A DNA stretch of 64,000 nt, from NCBI GenBank assembly GCA_036502575.1, contig DASXYL010000040.1:47283-111282 (forward strand). Reading direction: 5' to 3'. A model generated the notes under the pieces. That model saw only the letters and a program-made list of their open reading frames with translations. It had not been told where the DNA came from and did no database searches. The position numbers were made by a program, and so were the translations under genes. Below, piece after piece: positions 29,019-39,054 of the stretch (position 1 is the first letter of the stretch; the number at the start of each line of letters is the position of its first letter). Source of the stretch: Jatrophihabitantaceae bacterium (GTDB lineage Bacteria; Actinomycetota; Actinomycetes; Mycobacteriales; Jatrophihabitantaceae).

Positions 29019-29902
29019 TCACGATTCGTGATCAGCCGCCTCGCTGCAGGCTCGCAACAGCGGAGCGAGCGAACGCGACGTCGCCGACTCGGGCACGGCC
29101 AGCATCGTCGGCAGGTACAGCGCGGGGCGCAAGGGTCGAAAGGCGAGTCGCGACGAGCGCAGCGCGCGGGCATGCGACTCGTAGACCACGGTCCAGCACG
29201 GCCGCCCGGTGCCGATCTGGGCCAGGGTGTCCTCGAGCCGGTCGTTCGCGGGGCCGAGCACCGGTTCGAAGCCGGCGTCGGCACAGGCGGTGAGCACGAG
29301 ATCGATCAGTGGGGGGTTGTCTCGGCGCCGAGCGATCTTGAGCGGTAGCTCCCGCAGCTGCTCGATGGCCACCGCGCCCTGACCGGCCAGCTCGTGTCGG
29401 GCCGGCAGCGCGGCCACCAACTGGTCCTGCCACACCGGGATCAGGTCCAGACCGGTGACCGCGCTCGCGCCACGGACGAATGTCGCGTCCAACTGCCCGG
29501 CGCGCACCCGCTCCAGGCGGGCCCGCGTCGAGGCGTTGACCAGCTCGACGGGCACGCCCGGGGCCAGCCGCCGCATCGCCTCCAACACCTGCTCAGCCGT
29601 TCGCCCAGCCCGGTGCTGGTGCCCAACCGCAGCGGGCCGGACGCCGGCCCACCCTGCGCGGCCGCCCGGGCCCGCTCCACTGCGGCGAGCACGGCCCGGG
29701 CCTCGGGCAGTAGTCGCTGGCCGGCCTCGGTGAGCCGGACCGTCCGGGCCGAGCGGTCGAACAGCGGCTGGCCGAGCTCACGCTCCAGGCGCTGGATCTG
29801 CTGGCTGACCGCTGGTTGGCCGACGTGCAGGCGCTCGGCGGCGCGGCCGAAGTTCAGCAGCTCGGCGACCTCGGCGAAGTACTCCAGCTGGCGCAGCTCC
29901 AC
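29019..29902 (-). pseudogene. LysR-family transcriptional regulator, split by a frameshift near 29590-29620
   Basis: HTH half ([37 protein letters not shown]...[13 protein letters not shown]) is in ORF 29441..29902. The effector-domain half ([16 protein letters not shown]...) is in ORF 29019..29588, in another frame. Confidence 0.7.
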
Positions 29903-29937
29903 TCGGGCATTGTGCCCGGCGCGGTCGTTACGCTGGT

Positions 29938-30582
29938 GTGGTGAGCGACCTCGAGATCGTCCGGGCCGGGCTGGTCCCCTACGAGGACGCCTGGCAGCGC
30001 CAGCGCGACCTGCACGCAGCGGTGGTCGAAGGTACGGCGCCGGACACCGTGCTGCTGCTCGAACACCCGCCGGTGTTCACCGCCGGCAAGCGCACCCTGC
30101 CCGAGCAGCGCCCGATCGACGGCACGCCCGTGGTCGAGGTCGACCGGGGCGGGCTGATCACCTGGCACGGGCCGGGCCAGCTCGTCGGCTACCCGATCGT
30201 GCGGCTGCCCCGTCCGCTGGACGTCGTGGCCTACGTACGGGCCATGGAGCAGCTGCTCATCGACGTGTGCGCGTCGCTGGGCGTGCTGACCGAGCGGGTC
30301 GAGGGGCGCACCGGAGTGTGGCTGCGCGACCCGGACCGCAAGATCGCCGCGATCGGAGTTCGGGTACGCCGCGTGGTCGCGATGCACGGGTTCGCGCTCA
30401 ACTGCGATCCGGACCTGTCGTGGTACGACCGCATCGTGCCGTGCGGCATCGCCGACGCCGGCGTCACCTCGCTGTCCCGCGAGCTGGGCCGCGACGTCAC
30501 CGTTGCCGAGGTGCTGCCGATCGTCGAGGCGCACCTGCCGGCCTTCGTGACCGGCCTGGCCCGTCACCCGGTCACGGCTTAA
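29938..30582 (+). CDS. lipB: Octanoyltransferase LipB
   Basis: 214 aa with [38 protein letters not shown]. Confidence 0.9.
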   Translation: MVSDLEIVRAGLVPYEDAWQRQRDLHAAVVEGTAPDTVLLLEHPPVFTAGKRTLPEQRPIDGTPVVEVDRGGLITWHGPGQLVGYPIVRLPRPLDVVAYVRAMEQLLIDVCASLGVLTERVEGRTGVWLRDPDRKIAAIGVRVRRVVAMHGFALNCDPDLSWYDRIVPCGIADAGVTSLSRELGRDVTVAEVLPIVEAHLPAFVTGLARHPVTA

Positions 30583-31256
30583 GCGCCTGCGCATCCCGCC
30601 AAGCTGGCGGACTGCGCCTCCGGGCTGGACGGGCCGGTGAGCACGGCCGCCCGCACGACCGCCGAGTCGATGCCCAGCGCCTGGACGACCCGCGACGCGT
30701 CGTCCGGCGGCACGCGCAGCACGACCGTCTCACCGTTGCCGGTGCCGAACGTGCCACCGCCGGTGTTCGTGACGTCCTGCACGGCGACGTCGGCGAGCAC
30801 GACGACCGCCTTGCACCGTCGCGTCGACAGCCACAGCCGCACGCGCTGGCCACGCGTCACGGGCGGCGCGGCACCGCTCGGCAACGGCACGCTGACCGTT
30901 GTGCCGGCGCCGGTACCGCTCAGCCCGGACCTGGGCAGCAACTCGTTCGCGGTGAGGGCCCGGTTGACCGTCAGGCCGACCAGCTTGTCCCTGTCGGTGG
31001 CCGCGACGTACCGCGCGCCGTCGCCCGGCAGGCGCACGTTCACCGACTGCAGGTCGTCGGCCCGCAGCACGATGCCGGGAGCCAACGCTCGGGTTGTCGA
31101 CCACACCCGGTCCGTCCGCTGGGCCCGCCCGACCACGAGCGCACCCACCACGGTCGCCACCAGGACGAGCACGATCCCGGCGATCACTCGCGGGTTGAGC
31201 CAGCCCGGCGTGCGCGACCCACCCGACGACACCGACGTAGCCACCACTCGCGACAT
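30579..31256 (-). CDS. SAF-domain protein (CpaB/RcpC-like), N-terminal TM
   Basis: 225 aa. [20 protein letters not shown], then a SAF-like [12 protein letters not shown]...LTANELL segment. The stop shares the CTTAAG palindrome with the lipB stop. Confidence 0.55.
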   Translation of the reverse strand: MSRVVATSVSSGGSRTPGWLNPRVIAGIVLVLVATVVGALVVGRAQRTDRVWSTTRALAPGIVLRADDLQSVNVRLPGDGARYVAATDRDKLVGLTVNRALTANELLPRSGLSGTGAGTTVSVPLPSGAAPPVTRGQRVRLWLSTRRCKAVVVLADVAVQDVTNTGGGTFGTGNGETVVLRVPPDDASRVVQALGIDSAVVRAAVLTGPSSPEAQSASLAGCAGA

Positions 31257-31474
31257 CGTGCCCTATCGAGGCCATCCTTACGAGATAGGTTGGCCGTCCT
31301 GTGGATTACTGGTGGGGTTAGGGCCAAACGACACCAAAGCTCATGGCCAGTCACCTCCTGTCGTGGACAGGCCGCACAGAGTTGCGGCAAGATACGGGAT
31401 AACGCCAACTTTGCGCACGCGGTCGGTTGTGCGCGAGGTTGTCATGCACCGTCATGCGGAGGGGACGGCAGACC

Positions 31475-32800
31475 ATGATTATCGCCTGGGGACGGCATGG
31501 CGATAAAGGCCGCCCGAAACGACCTGCCATTCGGCGGTGGGCGTTGTGGTCGCTCCCGAGCCAGGCACTCGCCTTCGTGTTCGGCGTCGAGGTCCTAGCG
31601 GCTGTACTCACCGCGGCCGAGCTGCGCTACGCCGACCCGACGAGCAACGATGTCATCCGGTTCACGTTGCTGGCCTGTCTCAGCGCCATCTACGCGGAAA
31701 CGGAAGACCGCACCCAGCGCTCCCGACGGTATGCCGCGCAGGGCAAGCCGTATGTCGACCCGACATCTGTCTGGGTCTTCGCCGGCGTCCTACTTCTTCC
31801 GGGGGGCTACGCCGCACTGCTTGTCGTTGTGATCTACGCGCACACGCTGCTTCGCGCGTATCGCAATCGAATCTGGCTCCCCCACCGCGTGGCATTTACT
31901 GGCGCGGCGATGGTGCTGTCGACACTGGCCGCCGCAGCGATCAACGCGTCGCTCGGCTCGCTACACCACCCGTTCCCAGCGGGCGCGGCCACCGCGCTGG
32001 GAATCGTCGTAGCACTCATCAGCTTCCCGATCATCGACGGTGCGCTCGTCGCGGGTGTCATGTATTTGGCGACCAAGCCGGCCAATCTGAAAGACGTCGT
32101 ACTGAAGCCGGACGAGTTCGCGGTCGAGCTCGCCACCCTGGTGCTGGGCGCGTTCACCGCGCAGACCGTCATTCAGACGCCTTGGCTCACCCCAGCGGTG
32201 CTCGTGCTGATCGTCATGATGTATCGCGGGTTGCTGGTCAAGAAGCTCGAGGTGGCTGCCACCACTGACGGCAAGACCGGTCTGCTCAATTCCACCGCCT
32301 GGCGCGAGCTGGCGCAGCGGCATCTGTGGCGGGCCGTCCGCGAGGACCAGGCAGCGGCGGCGCTGGTTATCGACCTCGACCGGTTCAAGGCGCTGAACGA
32401 CGCGCACGGGCACCTGGTCGGCGACCTCGCGCTCAAGACCGTTGCCGAGTGCATCAAGCACGAACTGCGCGACTACGACGCTGTCGGCCGCTACGGCGGT
32501 GAGGAGTTCGTGGCGTTGCTGCCCAATGCCGGCGCCAACGTGGCGATGCGCGTCGCCGAGCGGGTGCGGGCGCGGATCGAGGACGAGCCGATCACCACCG
32601 ACGACGGTACGACGCTGCACCTCACCGGATCGGTCGGCGTAGCCACCTACCCAACGCACGGCGACGAGCTCGACGAGCTGATTCGCGCCGCCGACACCGC
32701 CCTCTACGCGGCCAAGGACGCCGGGCGCAACGCCGTCCGGCTGGCGGTGGGCACGACGGCGTCTGCCACGTCACACCAGCCACGATCCATGCCCGCGTAG
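31475..32800 (+). CDS. Membrane-anchored diguanylate cyclase (GGDEF)
   Basis: ATG at 31475 follows GGAGGGG. About 6 TM helices, then [16 protein letters not shown] and [12 protein letters not shown]. Confidence 0.8.
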   Translation: MIIAWGRHGDKGRPKRPAIRRWALWSLPSQALAFVFGVEVLAAVLTAAELRYADPTSNDVIRFTLLACLSAIYAETEDRTQRSRRYAAQGKPYVDPTSVWVFAGVLLLPGGYAALLVVVIYAHTLLRAYRNRIWLPHRVAFTGAAMVLSTLAAAAINASLGSLHHPFPAGAATALGIVVALISFPIIDGALVAGVMYLATKPANLKDVVLKPDEFAVELATLVLGAFTAQTVIQTPWLTPAVLVLIVMMYRGLLVKKLEVAATTDGKTGLLNSTAWRELAQRHLWRAVREDQAAAALVIDLDRFKALNDAHGHLVGDLALKTVAECIKHELRDYDAVGRYGGEEFVALLPNAGANVAMRVAERVRARIEDEPITTDDGTTLHLTGSVGVATYPTHGDELDELIRAADTALYAAKDAGRNAVRLAVGTTASATSHQPRSMPA

Positions 32801-32810
32801 GCTCGATGAC

Positions 32811-33737
32811 GTGAGTGTCGCCCCACCGGAAGGCCGCCGGCTGCTGCGGCTGGAGGCCCGTAACGCCGAGACGCCCATCGAGCGCAAGCCGCCGTGGATC
32901 AAGACTCGGGCGAGGATGGGCCCCGAGTACACCGAGCTGCAGGCGCTGGTGAAGCGTGAGGGACTTCACACGGTGTGCCAGGAGGCCGGCTGCCCCAACA
33001 TCTACGAGTGCTGGGAAGACCGCGAGGCGACGTTCCTGATCGGCGGCGACCAGTGCACGCGGCGCTGCGACTTCTGCCAGATCGACACCGGCAAGCCGTC
33101 CGCCCTCGACCGGGACGAGCCGCGCCGGGTCGCCGAGAGCGTCCAGGCGATGGGGCTGCGCTACGCGACGGTCACCGGTGTGGCCCGCGACGACCTGGCC
33201 GACGGCGGCGCCTGGCTCTACGCCGAGACGGTCCGCCAGATCCACCAGCTCAATCCGGGCACGGGCGTCGAGCTGCTCATCCCCGACTTCAACGCGGTGC
33301 CCGAGCAGCTCGCCGAGGTGTTCGGCAGCGAGCCCGAGGTGCTGGCGCACAACGTCGAGACGGTGCCCCGCATCTTCAAGCGGATCCGGCCCGCATTCAC
33401 CTACGACCGCTCGCTGGACGTCATCCGGCAGGCGCGCACCGCGCAGCTGGTCACCAAGTCGAACCTCATCCTCGGTATGGGCGAGACCCGCGAGGAGGTC
33501 AGCCAAGCCCTGCGCGACCTGCACGGCTCCGGTTGCGAGCTGATCACGATCACGCAGTACCTGCGCCCGTCCCCCCGACACCACCCGGTCGAGCGGTGGG
33601 TCAAGCCCGAGGAGTTCGTCGAGCTGCGCGAGGAGGCCGAGCAGATCGGCTTCGCCGGCGTGATGAGCGGCCCATTGGTGCGCTCGTCCTACCGCGCCGG
33701 CCGGCTGTACCAGCAAGCAATCGCCGCCCGCGTCTGA
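32811..33737 (+). CDS. lipA: Lipoyl synthase LipA
   Basis: [13 protein letters not shown] and radical-SAM [13 protein letters not shown] motifs, 308 aa. Confidence 0.95.
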   Translation: MSVAPPEGRRLLRLEARNAETPIERKPPWIKTRARMGPEYTELQALVKREGLHTVCQEAGCPNIYECWEDREATFLIGGDQCTRRCDFCQIDTGKPSALDRDEPRRVAESVQAMGLRYATVTGVARDDLADGGAWLYAETVRQIHQLNPGTGVELLIPDFNAVPEQLAEVFGSEPEVLAHNVETVPRIFKRIRPAFTYDRSLDVIRQARTAQLVTKSNLILGMGETREEVSQALRDLHGSGCELITITQYLRPSPRHHPVERWVKPEEFVELREEAEQIGFAGVMSGPLVRSSYRAGRLYQQAIAARV

Positions 33738-33770
33738 ACCATCCAGACGGGGGCCGGACCCGGCCCGCCT

Positions 33771-34059
33771 CCATGATCAAGAGCCACTCAGCCAGCGATA
33801 ACGGCAGCCACCGGGCTCTTGATCATGAGAGTGGGGGAACGAGAGGCAAACCAAGAGATCCGCAACCACAAACGCGATGAGCGGTCGGACGAGCCACAAG
33901 TTGTCCGCGCTAAACGACGTCATAGCGTCGCGACGCGCGGACGACTCCCAAGGAGGGAGGGCAACGCGCCCGACAGCGAGACTCGACCGCGACGAAGTCG
34001 CGTTCGGATCCGGGATTGCCCCCGAAGCGAAGCGAGTGGGGCGAGCCCGGATCCGACTC
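33771..34059. repeat. Composite intergenic mosaic carrying all four repeat modules (M4 33771-33828, M3rev 33861-33895, M2 33894-33952, M1rev 34005-34059)
   Basis: Each module was matched by eye to copies elsewhere in the window. The locus sits in a 335-bp spacer between convergent lipA and the NlpC/P60 gene. Confidence 0.8.
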
Positions 34060-34072
34060 TGGCTGATTTAGA

Positions 34073-34786
34073 TCAGTGCCAGTCGGTGCCGAAGGTGATG
34101 TCCGATGACCAGATCGGTTCGAGCTTGACGTTCTGGCCCGGAGCCGGTGCCGCGTACTGCATGCCGTAGCCGGCGTAGATCGCCACGTGATAGGCGTAGT
34201 TGCCGTCCAGATAGAAGATCAGATCGCCGGGACGGGCCGCCGATTGCGGGATCTGGTGGAAGATCTCCCGCTGCGCCTCGCCGTTGTGCGGCAGCTCGGC
34301 GACGCCGACGTGCGAGTACACCCACATCGTGTAGCCCGAGCAGTCGAAGCCGTCCGGGGTGGCTCCGTTGGACACGTAGGGCACGCCCAGGTACTTGCGC
34401 GCCTCGGCGATGATGCGGGCGCCGGTGGAGCCGTCGCTCGGGATCACGGGTCCGGTGCCGACCGACGGTGCTGCATCGCCGGACGGGGCGGGGGACGAAG
34501 GTGGCGACGGCATCACCGCGACGAGGGCGACCAACGCCGCGTCCGGCACGGCCGAGGCCCGCAGCGGGCGCACGGTGGCCGCATGGCGAGCCGGTCGAGC
34601 CGCCCGCGGCAGCGGCGCACGCGTCGCGCGGCTGACCCGCGGCGAGTAACGCAGCGGAGTCAGTGGAGACGTCGCCTGCGCCGGCGAGCGCGGATGGGTG
34701 CTGGAAACGACCTTGGGCGCCGCGGACGGAATGACCGCCGTGGCAGTGACCAGTCCCATGACGGGCACGGCGCGGCGCTTCCACAC
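34073..34786 (-). CDS. Secreted NlpC/P60 peptidoglycan endopeptidase
   Basis: C-terminal YLGVPYVSNGATPDGFDCSGYTMWVY...YHVAIYAG catalytic Cys/His context. The start is uncertain (GTG 34786 or ATG 34759). Confidence 0.8.
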   Translation of the reverse strand: MWKRRAVPVMGLVTATAVIPSAAPKVVSSTHPRSPAQATSPLTPLRYSPRVSRATRAPLPRAARPARHAATVRPLRASAVPDAALVALVAVMPSPPSSPAPSGDAAPSVGTGPVIPSDGSTGARIIAEARKYLGVPYVSNGATPDGFDCSGYTMWVYSHVGVAELPHNGEAQREIFHQIPQSAARPGDLIFYLDGNYAYHVAIYAGYGMQYAAPAPGQNVKLEPIWSSDITFGTDWH

Positions 34787-35037
34787 GTCGGGCGGGATTG
34801 GACGTCGATGGCGACCGCGCTCGTGTCCGTTCTCACGTCCGTGCCCGCGCCGGTGCCGACCGATCTCTCGATCAGGCACCCGAGTCAGCTCCCTACTCGT
34901 TCGACGATCCGGCAAGTATGCATAACGAACCCGCATCAGGGAAATCGCAACACGATAACCGTCCGGCGTGGGTCCTTGCGCGCGGCCCGGAGCGAACACC
35001 CGGCGCCGAGTGACCCCGACGCCGATATCCTTGTCGC

Positions 35038-35796
35038 ATGGCCAAACCTGCCGGGCCGAGCAAGCCCGTTAAGCTCACGCGTGCCGAGAAGAAGGCCGCC
35101 CGCGCCACCAAGCGCGCCAGCCGTCGCCAGACCTGGTCGAACGTCCGGCAGGCGTTCACGCTCACCCGGCAGAACGACAGCCGGCTGATCCCGTACCTGA
35201 TCATCGCCGGCGTGCTGACCGCCGCCGTCCTGTACTTCGTCATCTCCTTGTTCGCCGGGCCGTTCATCCCGATCCCGATCGCGGTGCTCGGCGCCGTCGT
35301 CGTAGTGATGCTGATCTTCAGCCGGCGGGCGCAGACCTCGATGTTCAGCCAGGCCGAGGGCACGCCGGGGGCAGCCGCCTGGGTGCTGCAGAACAACCTT
35401 CGCGGCGACTGGCGGTCCACACCCGCGATCGCCGGCAACTCGCAGCTCGACGCCGTGCATCGTCTCGTCGGTCGTCCCGGCGTCGTGCTGGTCGGTGAGG
35501 GCGCGCCGCACCGGGTGCGCGGGCTCATCGCCCAGGAGAAGCGCAAGATCGCCCGGGTGGCCGGAGACACCCCGATCTACGACGTGATCGTCGGGACGGA
35601 CGAGGGCGAGGTGTCGTTGCGCAAGCTGAACGGGTACCTGTTCAAGCTGCCCCGCAACCTCGACAAGGCGCAGGTCAGCGCGTTGGAGAAGCGGTTGCAG
35701 GCACTCGGCGGTGGCAAACCGCCGCTGCCGCAGGGTCCGATGCCGGCCGGCGCCAAGATGCGCAACGTGCAGCGGACGGCCCGACGACGGTCATGA
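35038..35796 (+). CDS. DUF4191-like membrane protein
   Basis: 252 aa. Basic N-terminus, two TM helices, and a position after lipA matching the Rv2219 position as I recall. Confidence 0.65.
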   Translation: MAKPAGPSKPVKLTRAEKKAARATKRASRRQTWSNVRQAFTLTRQNDSRLIPYLIIAGVLTAAVLYFVISLFAGPFIPIPIAVLGAVVVVMLIFSRRAQTSMFSQAEGTPGAAAWVLQNNLRGDWRSTPAIAGNSQLDAVHRLVGRPGVVLVGEGAPHRVRGLIAQEKRKIARVAGDTPIYDVIVGTDEGEVSLRKLNGYLFKLPRNLDKAQVSALEKRLQALGGGKPPLPQGPMPAGAKMRNVQRTARRRS

Positions 35797-36233
35797 GCAC
35801 GTCGGGGGTGAGCGCGCCGCAGCGTTACCGAGGCGAGCGCCTCGGCCTGCCCCGGTCCGGGCCGGGCTCGCTCGCCACGTCCGGCACCCGCTTCGGCGCG
35901 CTGCTCGTCGACTGCATCGCCTCCGGGCTCATCGCCGGGCTGTTCGTCCAGCACCGCGGCGCCCACAACTTCGCCGACCGGCTGCCCGGGTCGTGGAGCC
36001 TCATCCCGCTCGCTATCGATTACCTCGTCGGGCTGTGCCTCGGCGGTCAGACGCTCGGCATGCACCTGGTGGGCATCCGAGTCGTTCCGGTGGACGAGAA
36101 GCGCCGGATCCTGCCGCTCTCCGCGGCGGTACGGACGGCGTTGCTTTTCGTCCTCGTCCCGGCCGTAATCGTGGACAAGGACGGCCGCGGGCTGCACGAT
36201 CGGATCACCGGCACGGCCGTCGTCCGGGCGTGA
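35793..36233 (+). CDS. RDD-family membrane protein
   Basis: 146 aa. 4-nt overlap with the upstream gene. GTRFGALLVDCI...LHDRITGTAVV is typical of RDD. Confidence 0.65.
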   Translation: MSTSGVSAPQRYRGERLGLPRSGPGSLATSGTRFGALLVDCIASGLIAGLFVQHRGAHNFADRLPGSWSLIPLAIDYLVGLCLGGQTLGMHLVGIRVVPVDEKRRILPLSAAVRTALLFVLVPAVIVDKDGRGLHDRITGTAVVRA

Positions 36234-36269
36234 TGGTGCTGATCACGGAAACGATCAAGGCACGGTCGC

Positions 36270-36307
36270 GTAACACTGCAGAAACAGACGAGATACCGAT
36301 AAGCAAC
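36270..36307 (+). promoter_or_regulatory. GlnR-type operator (GTAAC-n6-GAAAC-n6-GATAC-n6-GCAAC)
   Basis: Four pentamers with exact 6-nt spacing, 48 bp upstream of the glnA ATG. This matches the a-n6-b-n6-a-n6-b architecture (gTnAc/GaAAc) described for actinobacterial GlnR boxes. Confidence 0.55.
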
Positions 36308-36354
36308 CCCTCGTTCGTAGCGTTCACGCCACCCACACCGCATTCGGAGGCCGC

Positions 36355-37779
36355 ATGTTTACCAACTCAGACGAAGTCCTGAAATACATCAAGGACAACG
36401 ACGTCAAGTTCGTCGATGTCCGCTTTTGTGACCTGCCCGGCATCATGCAGCACTTCACCACCCCGGCGGCGGCTTTCTCCGAGCAGGTGTTCACCGAGGG
36501 GCTCGCCTTCGACGGTTCGTCGATTCGCGGCTTCCAGGAGATCCACGAGTCGGACATGCTGCTGCTGCCCGACGCCACGACGGCGGTGGTGGACCCGTTC
36601 CGGGCCGAGAAGACGCTCAACATCAACTTCTTCATCCACGACCCGCTCACGCGCGAGGCCTACAGCCGCGACCCGCGCAACGTGGCGAAGAAGGCCGAGG
36701 CTTTCCTCAAGTCGTCCAACATTGCCGACACCGCCTACTTCGGCGCGGAAGCCGAGTTCTACATCTTCGACTCGGTGCGCTACGACACGACGGCCAATCA
36801 GAGCTACTACTACGTCGACTCCGAATCCGGGGCCTGGAACAGCGGCCGGGAGGAGGAGGGCGGCAACCTCGGCTACAAGGTGCGACACAAGGGCGGCTAC
36901 TTCCCCGTGGCGCCCTACGACCACTACGGCGACCTGCGCGACTCCATGGTGACCGCGCTGACCGGCGTCGGGCTCGAGGTCGAGCGTGCGCACCACGAGG
37001 TCGGCACGGCCGGGCAGGCCGAGATCAACTACAAGTTCAACTCGCTGCTGGCCGCCGCCGACGAGTTGATGCTGTTCAAGTACGTCATCAAGAACACGGC
37101 ATGGGCGCACGGCAAGACCGTCACGTTCATGCCCAAGCCGCTGTTCCAGGACAACGGGTCGGGCATGCACTGCCACCAATCGCTGTGGCTGGGCGGCGAG
37201 CCGCTGTTCTACGACGAGGTGGGCTACGCCGGCCTCTCCGACACCGCGCGCCACTACATCGGCGGCCTGCTCTCCCACGCCCCGTCGCTGCTGGCGTTCA
37301 CCAACCCGACGACGAACTCCTACCACCGGCTCGTCCCGGGCTACGAGGCGCCGATCAACCTGGTGTACTCGCAGCGCAACCGTTCCGCGTGCTGCCGCAT
37401 CCCGATCACCGGCACCAACCCGAAGGCGAAGCGCGTCGAGTTCCGGGTGCCCGACCCGTCCTCGAACCCGTACCTGGCCTTCTCGGCGATGCTGCTGGCT
37501 GGCCTGGACGGCATCAAGAACAAGATCGAGCCGCCGTCGCCGATCGACAAGGACCTCTACGAGCTGCCGCCGGACGAGGCGAAGGCCGTCGCGCAGGTCC
37601 CCGGATCGCTCGACGCGGTGCTCGACGCACTCGAGACAGACCACGACTACCTGCTCGAAGGGGGCGTCTTCACCGACGACCTCATCGAGACGTGGCTGGA
37701 GTACAAGCGCCTCAACGAGGTCGACGCCGTCCGGCTGCGTCCGCACCCCTACGAGTTCGCGCTCTACTACGACATCTGA
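36355..37779 (+). CDS. glnA: Glutamine synthetase type I (GlnA1)
   Basis: 474 aa. [22 protein letters not shown], and the adenylylation-site context NLYELPPDE-like ([10 protein letters not shown]). Confidence 0.95.
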   Translation: MFTNSDEVLKYIKDNDVKFVDVRFCDLPGIMQHFTTPAAAFSEQVFTEGLAFDGSSIRGFQEIHESDMLLLPDATTAVVDPFRAEKTLNINFFIHDPLTREAYSRDPRNVAKKAEAFLKSSNIADTAYFGAEAEFYIFDSVRYDTTANQSYYYVDSESGAWNSGREEEGGNLGYKVRHKGGYFPVAPYDHYGDLRDSMVTALTGVGLEVERAHHEVGTAGQAEINYKFNSLLAAADELMLFKYVIKNTAWAHGKTVTFMPKPLFQDNGSGMHCHQSLWLGGEPLFYDEVGYAGLSDTARHYIGGLLSHAPSLLAFTNPTTNSYHRLVPGYEAPINLVYSQRNRSACCRIPITGTNPKAKRVEFRVPDPSSNPYLAFSAMLLAGLDGIKNKIEPPSPIDKDLYELPPDEAKAVAQVPGSLDAVLDALETDHDYLLEGGVFTDDLIETWLEYKRLNEVDAVRLRPHPYEFALYYDI

Positions 37780-37789
37780 GTACGTCCGT

Positions 37790-37819
37790 CGAAGGGCCCG
37801 GCCGTCGCCGGGCCCTTCG
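37790..37819 (+). terminator. Stem-loop downstream of glnA (13-bp GC stem, 4-nt loop)
   Basis: cgaagggcccggc-cgtc-gccgggcccttcg lies 11 nt after the glnA stop. There is no U-tract. Confidence 0.5.
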
Positions 37820-37884
37820 TCGTAACGGCACCGACGCGCGGACGTCACGCATCGGGGGCGTTACCGTTACTTGGGTGATAGCTC

Positions 37885-39009
37885 ATGCGTGACGTACTCG
37901 ACGAGTTGCTCGGCTGGTGGCGCGCGGGCCAGCCGGTCGGCCTCGCCACCGTCGTCGGGACGTGGAAGTCGGCGCCCCGACCCCCTGGCGCGGCCATGCT
38001 CGTCGGGCCGGACGGCACAGCGGTCGGCAGCGTGTCGGGCGGCTGCGTCGAGGGCGCCGTCTATGACCTGGCGTCCGAGGTCCGCGATGGCAGTGCACCT
38101 GTACTGCAGCGCTACGGCGTGAGCGACGACGATGCGTTCGCGGTCGGCCTCACCTGCGGCGGCATCATCGATGTGTACGTCGAGCGGATCAGCCCAGCGA
38201 CCTTCGCCGGACTCAACGACGTGGCCGCCGACATCCGCGACGGGCGGCCGGTCGCGGTGGCGACGCTCGTCGATGCGGAGGACGCCCTGCGCGGGCGGCG
38301 CCTCGTCGTGCGCCCCGAGTCGGTGATCGGCTCGCTCGGCTCGCCTCGCCTGGACGCCGCCGTGTGCGACGACGCCCGCGGGCTGCTCGAGCAGGGACGA
38401 TCCGCGGTCATCCGTTACGGACGAGACGGCGAGCGGCGCCTGGACGACATCGGCGTCTTCGTCGCGTCGCATGCGCCCCGTCCCCGAATGATCGTGTTCG
38501 GCGCCATCGACTTCGCGGCCGCCGTGGCGCGGATAGGCTCGTTCCTCGGCTACCGCGTCACGGTCTGCGACGCCCGGCCGGTGTTCGCGACGGCGCGGCG
38601 ATTCCCGGACGCGGACGAGGTCGTCGTCGAGTGGCCGCACAAGTACCTGAGCCAGACCGCGACCGACGAGCGCACCGTCGTGTGCGTGCTCACCCACGAT
38701 CCGAAATTCGACGTGCCCCTGCTAGAGATCGCGCTACGTCTGCCGCTGGCCTATGTCGGTGCGATGGGGTCGCGTCGCACGAACGACGGGCGGCTGCAGC
38801 AGCTCCGCGAGCGCGGACTGACTGCAGACGAACTCGACCGGCTGCACGCCCCGATCGGGCTCGACGTCGGTGCCCGTACGCCGGAGGAGACCGCCGTCTC
38901 GATCGCGGCCGAGATCGTCGGGGCGAGATGGGGTGGCACCGGGACGCCGCTGCGCGACGCAACGGGCGCGATACATGCCGAACCACAGCCGCGGCTGAGC
39001 TTGACCTGA
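37885..39009 (+). CDS. XdhC/CoxI-family accessory protein
   Basis: 374 aa. N-terminal XdhC_CoxI (GSVSGGCVEGAV) and C-terminal Rossmann-like (MIVFGAIDFA) domains. Confidence 0.75.
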   Translation: MRDVLDELLGWWRAGQPVGLATVVGTWKSAPRPPGAAMLVGPDGTAVGSVSGGCVEGAVYDLASEVRDGSAPVLQRYGVSDDDAFAVGLTCGGIIDVYVERISPATFAGLNDVAADIRDGRPVAVATLVDAEDALRGRRLVVRPESVIGSLGSPRLDAAVCDDARGLLEQGRSAVIRYGRDGERRLDDIGVFVASHAPRPRMIVFGAIDFAAAVARIGSFLGYRVTVCDARPVFATARRFPDADEVVVEWPHKYLSQTATDERTVVCVLTHDPKFDVPLLEIALRLPLAYVGAMGSRRTNDGRLQQLRERGLTADELDRLHAPIGLDVGARTPEETAVSIAAEIVGARWGGTGTPLRDATGAIHAEPQPRLSLT

Positions 39010-39054
39010 GCGAGCCGTGCGCAGCGTCCCCGCCGGGAATGGGATTATTGCCAG

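Noticed and set aside
34787-35037. Possible ydaO/c-di-AMP riboswitch in the roughly 250-nt leader of the NlpC/P60 gene. Such genes often carry one in actinobacteria. A cccgagtcagctccctactcgt stretch vaguely resembles the conserved 3' segment.
   Set aside because: The resemblance is on the wrong (plus) strand for the hydrolase gene. The other conserved blocks (GGGGACCCA, GGGGUGAAUC) are not found on either strand.
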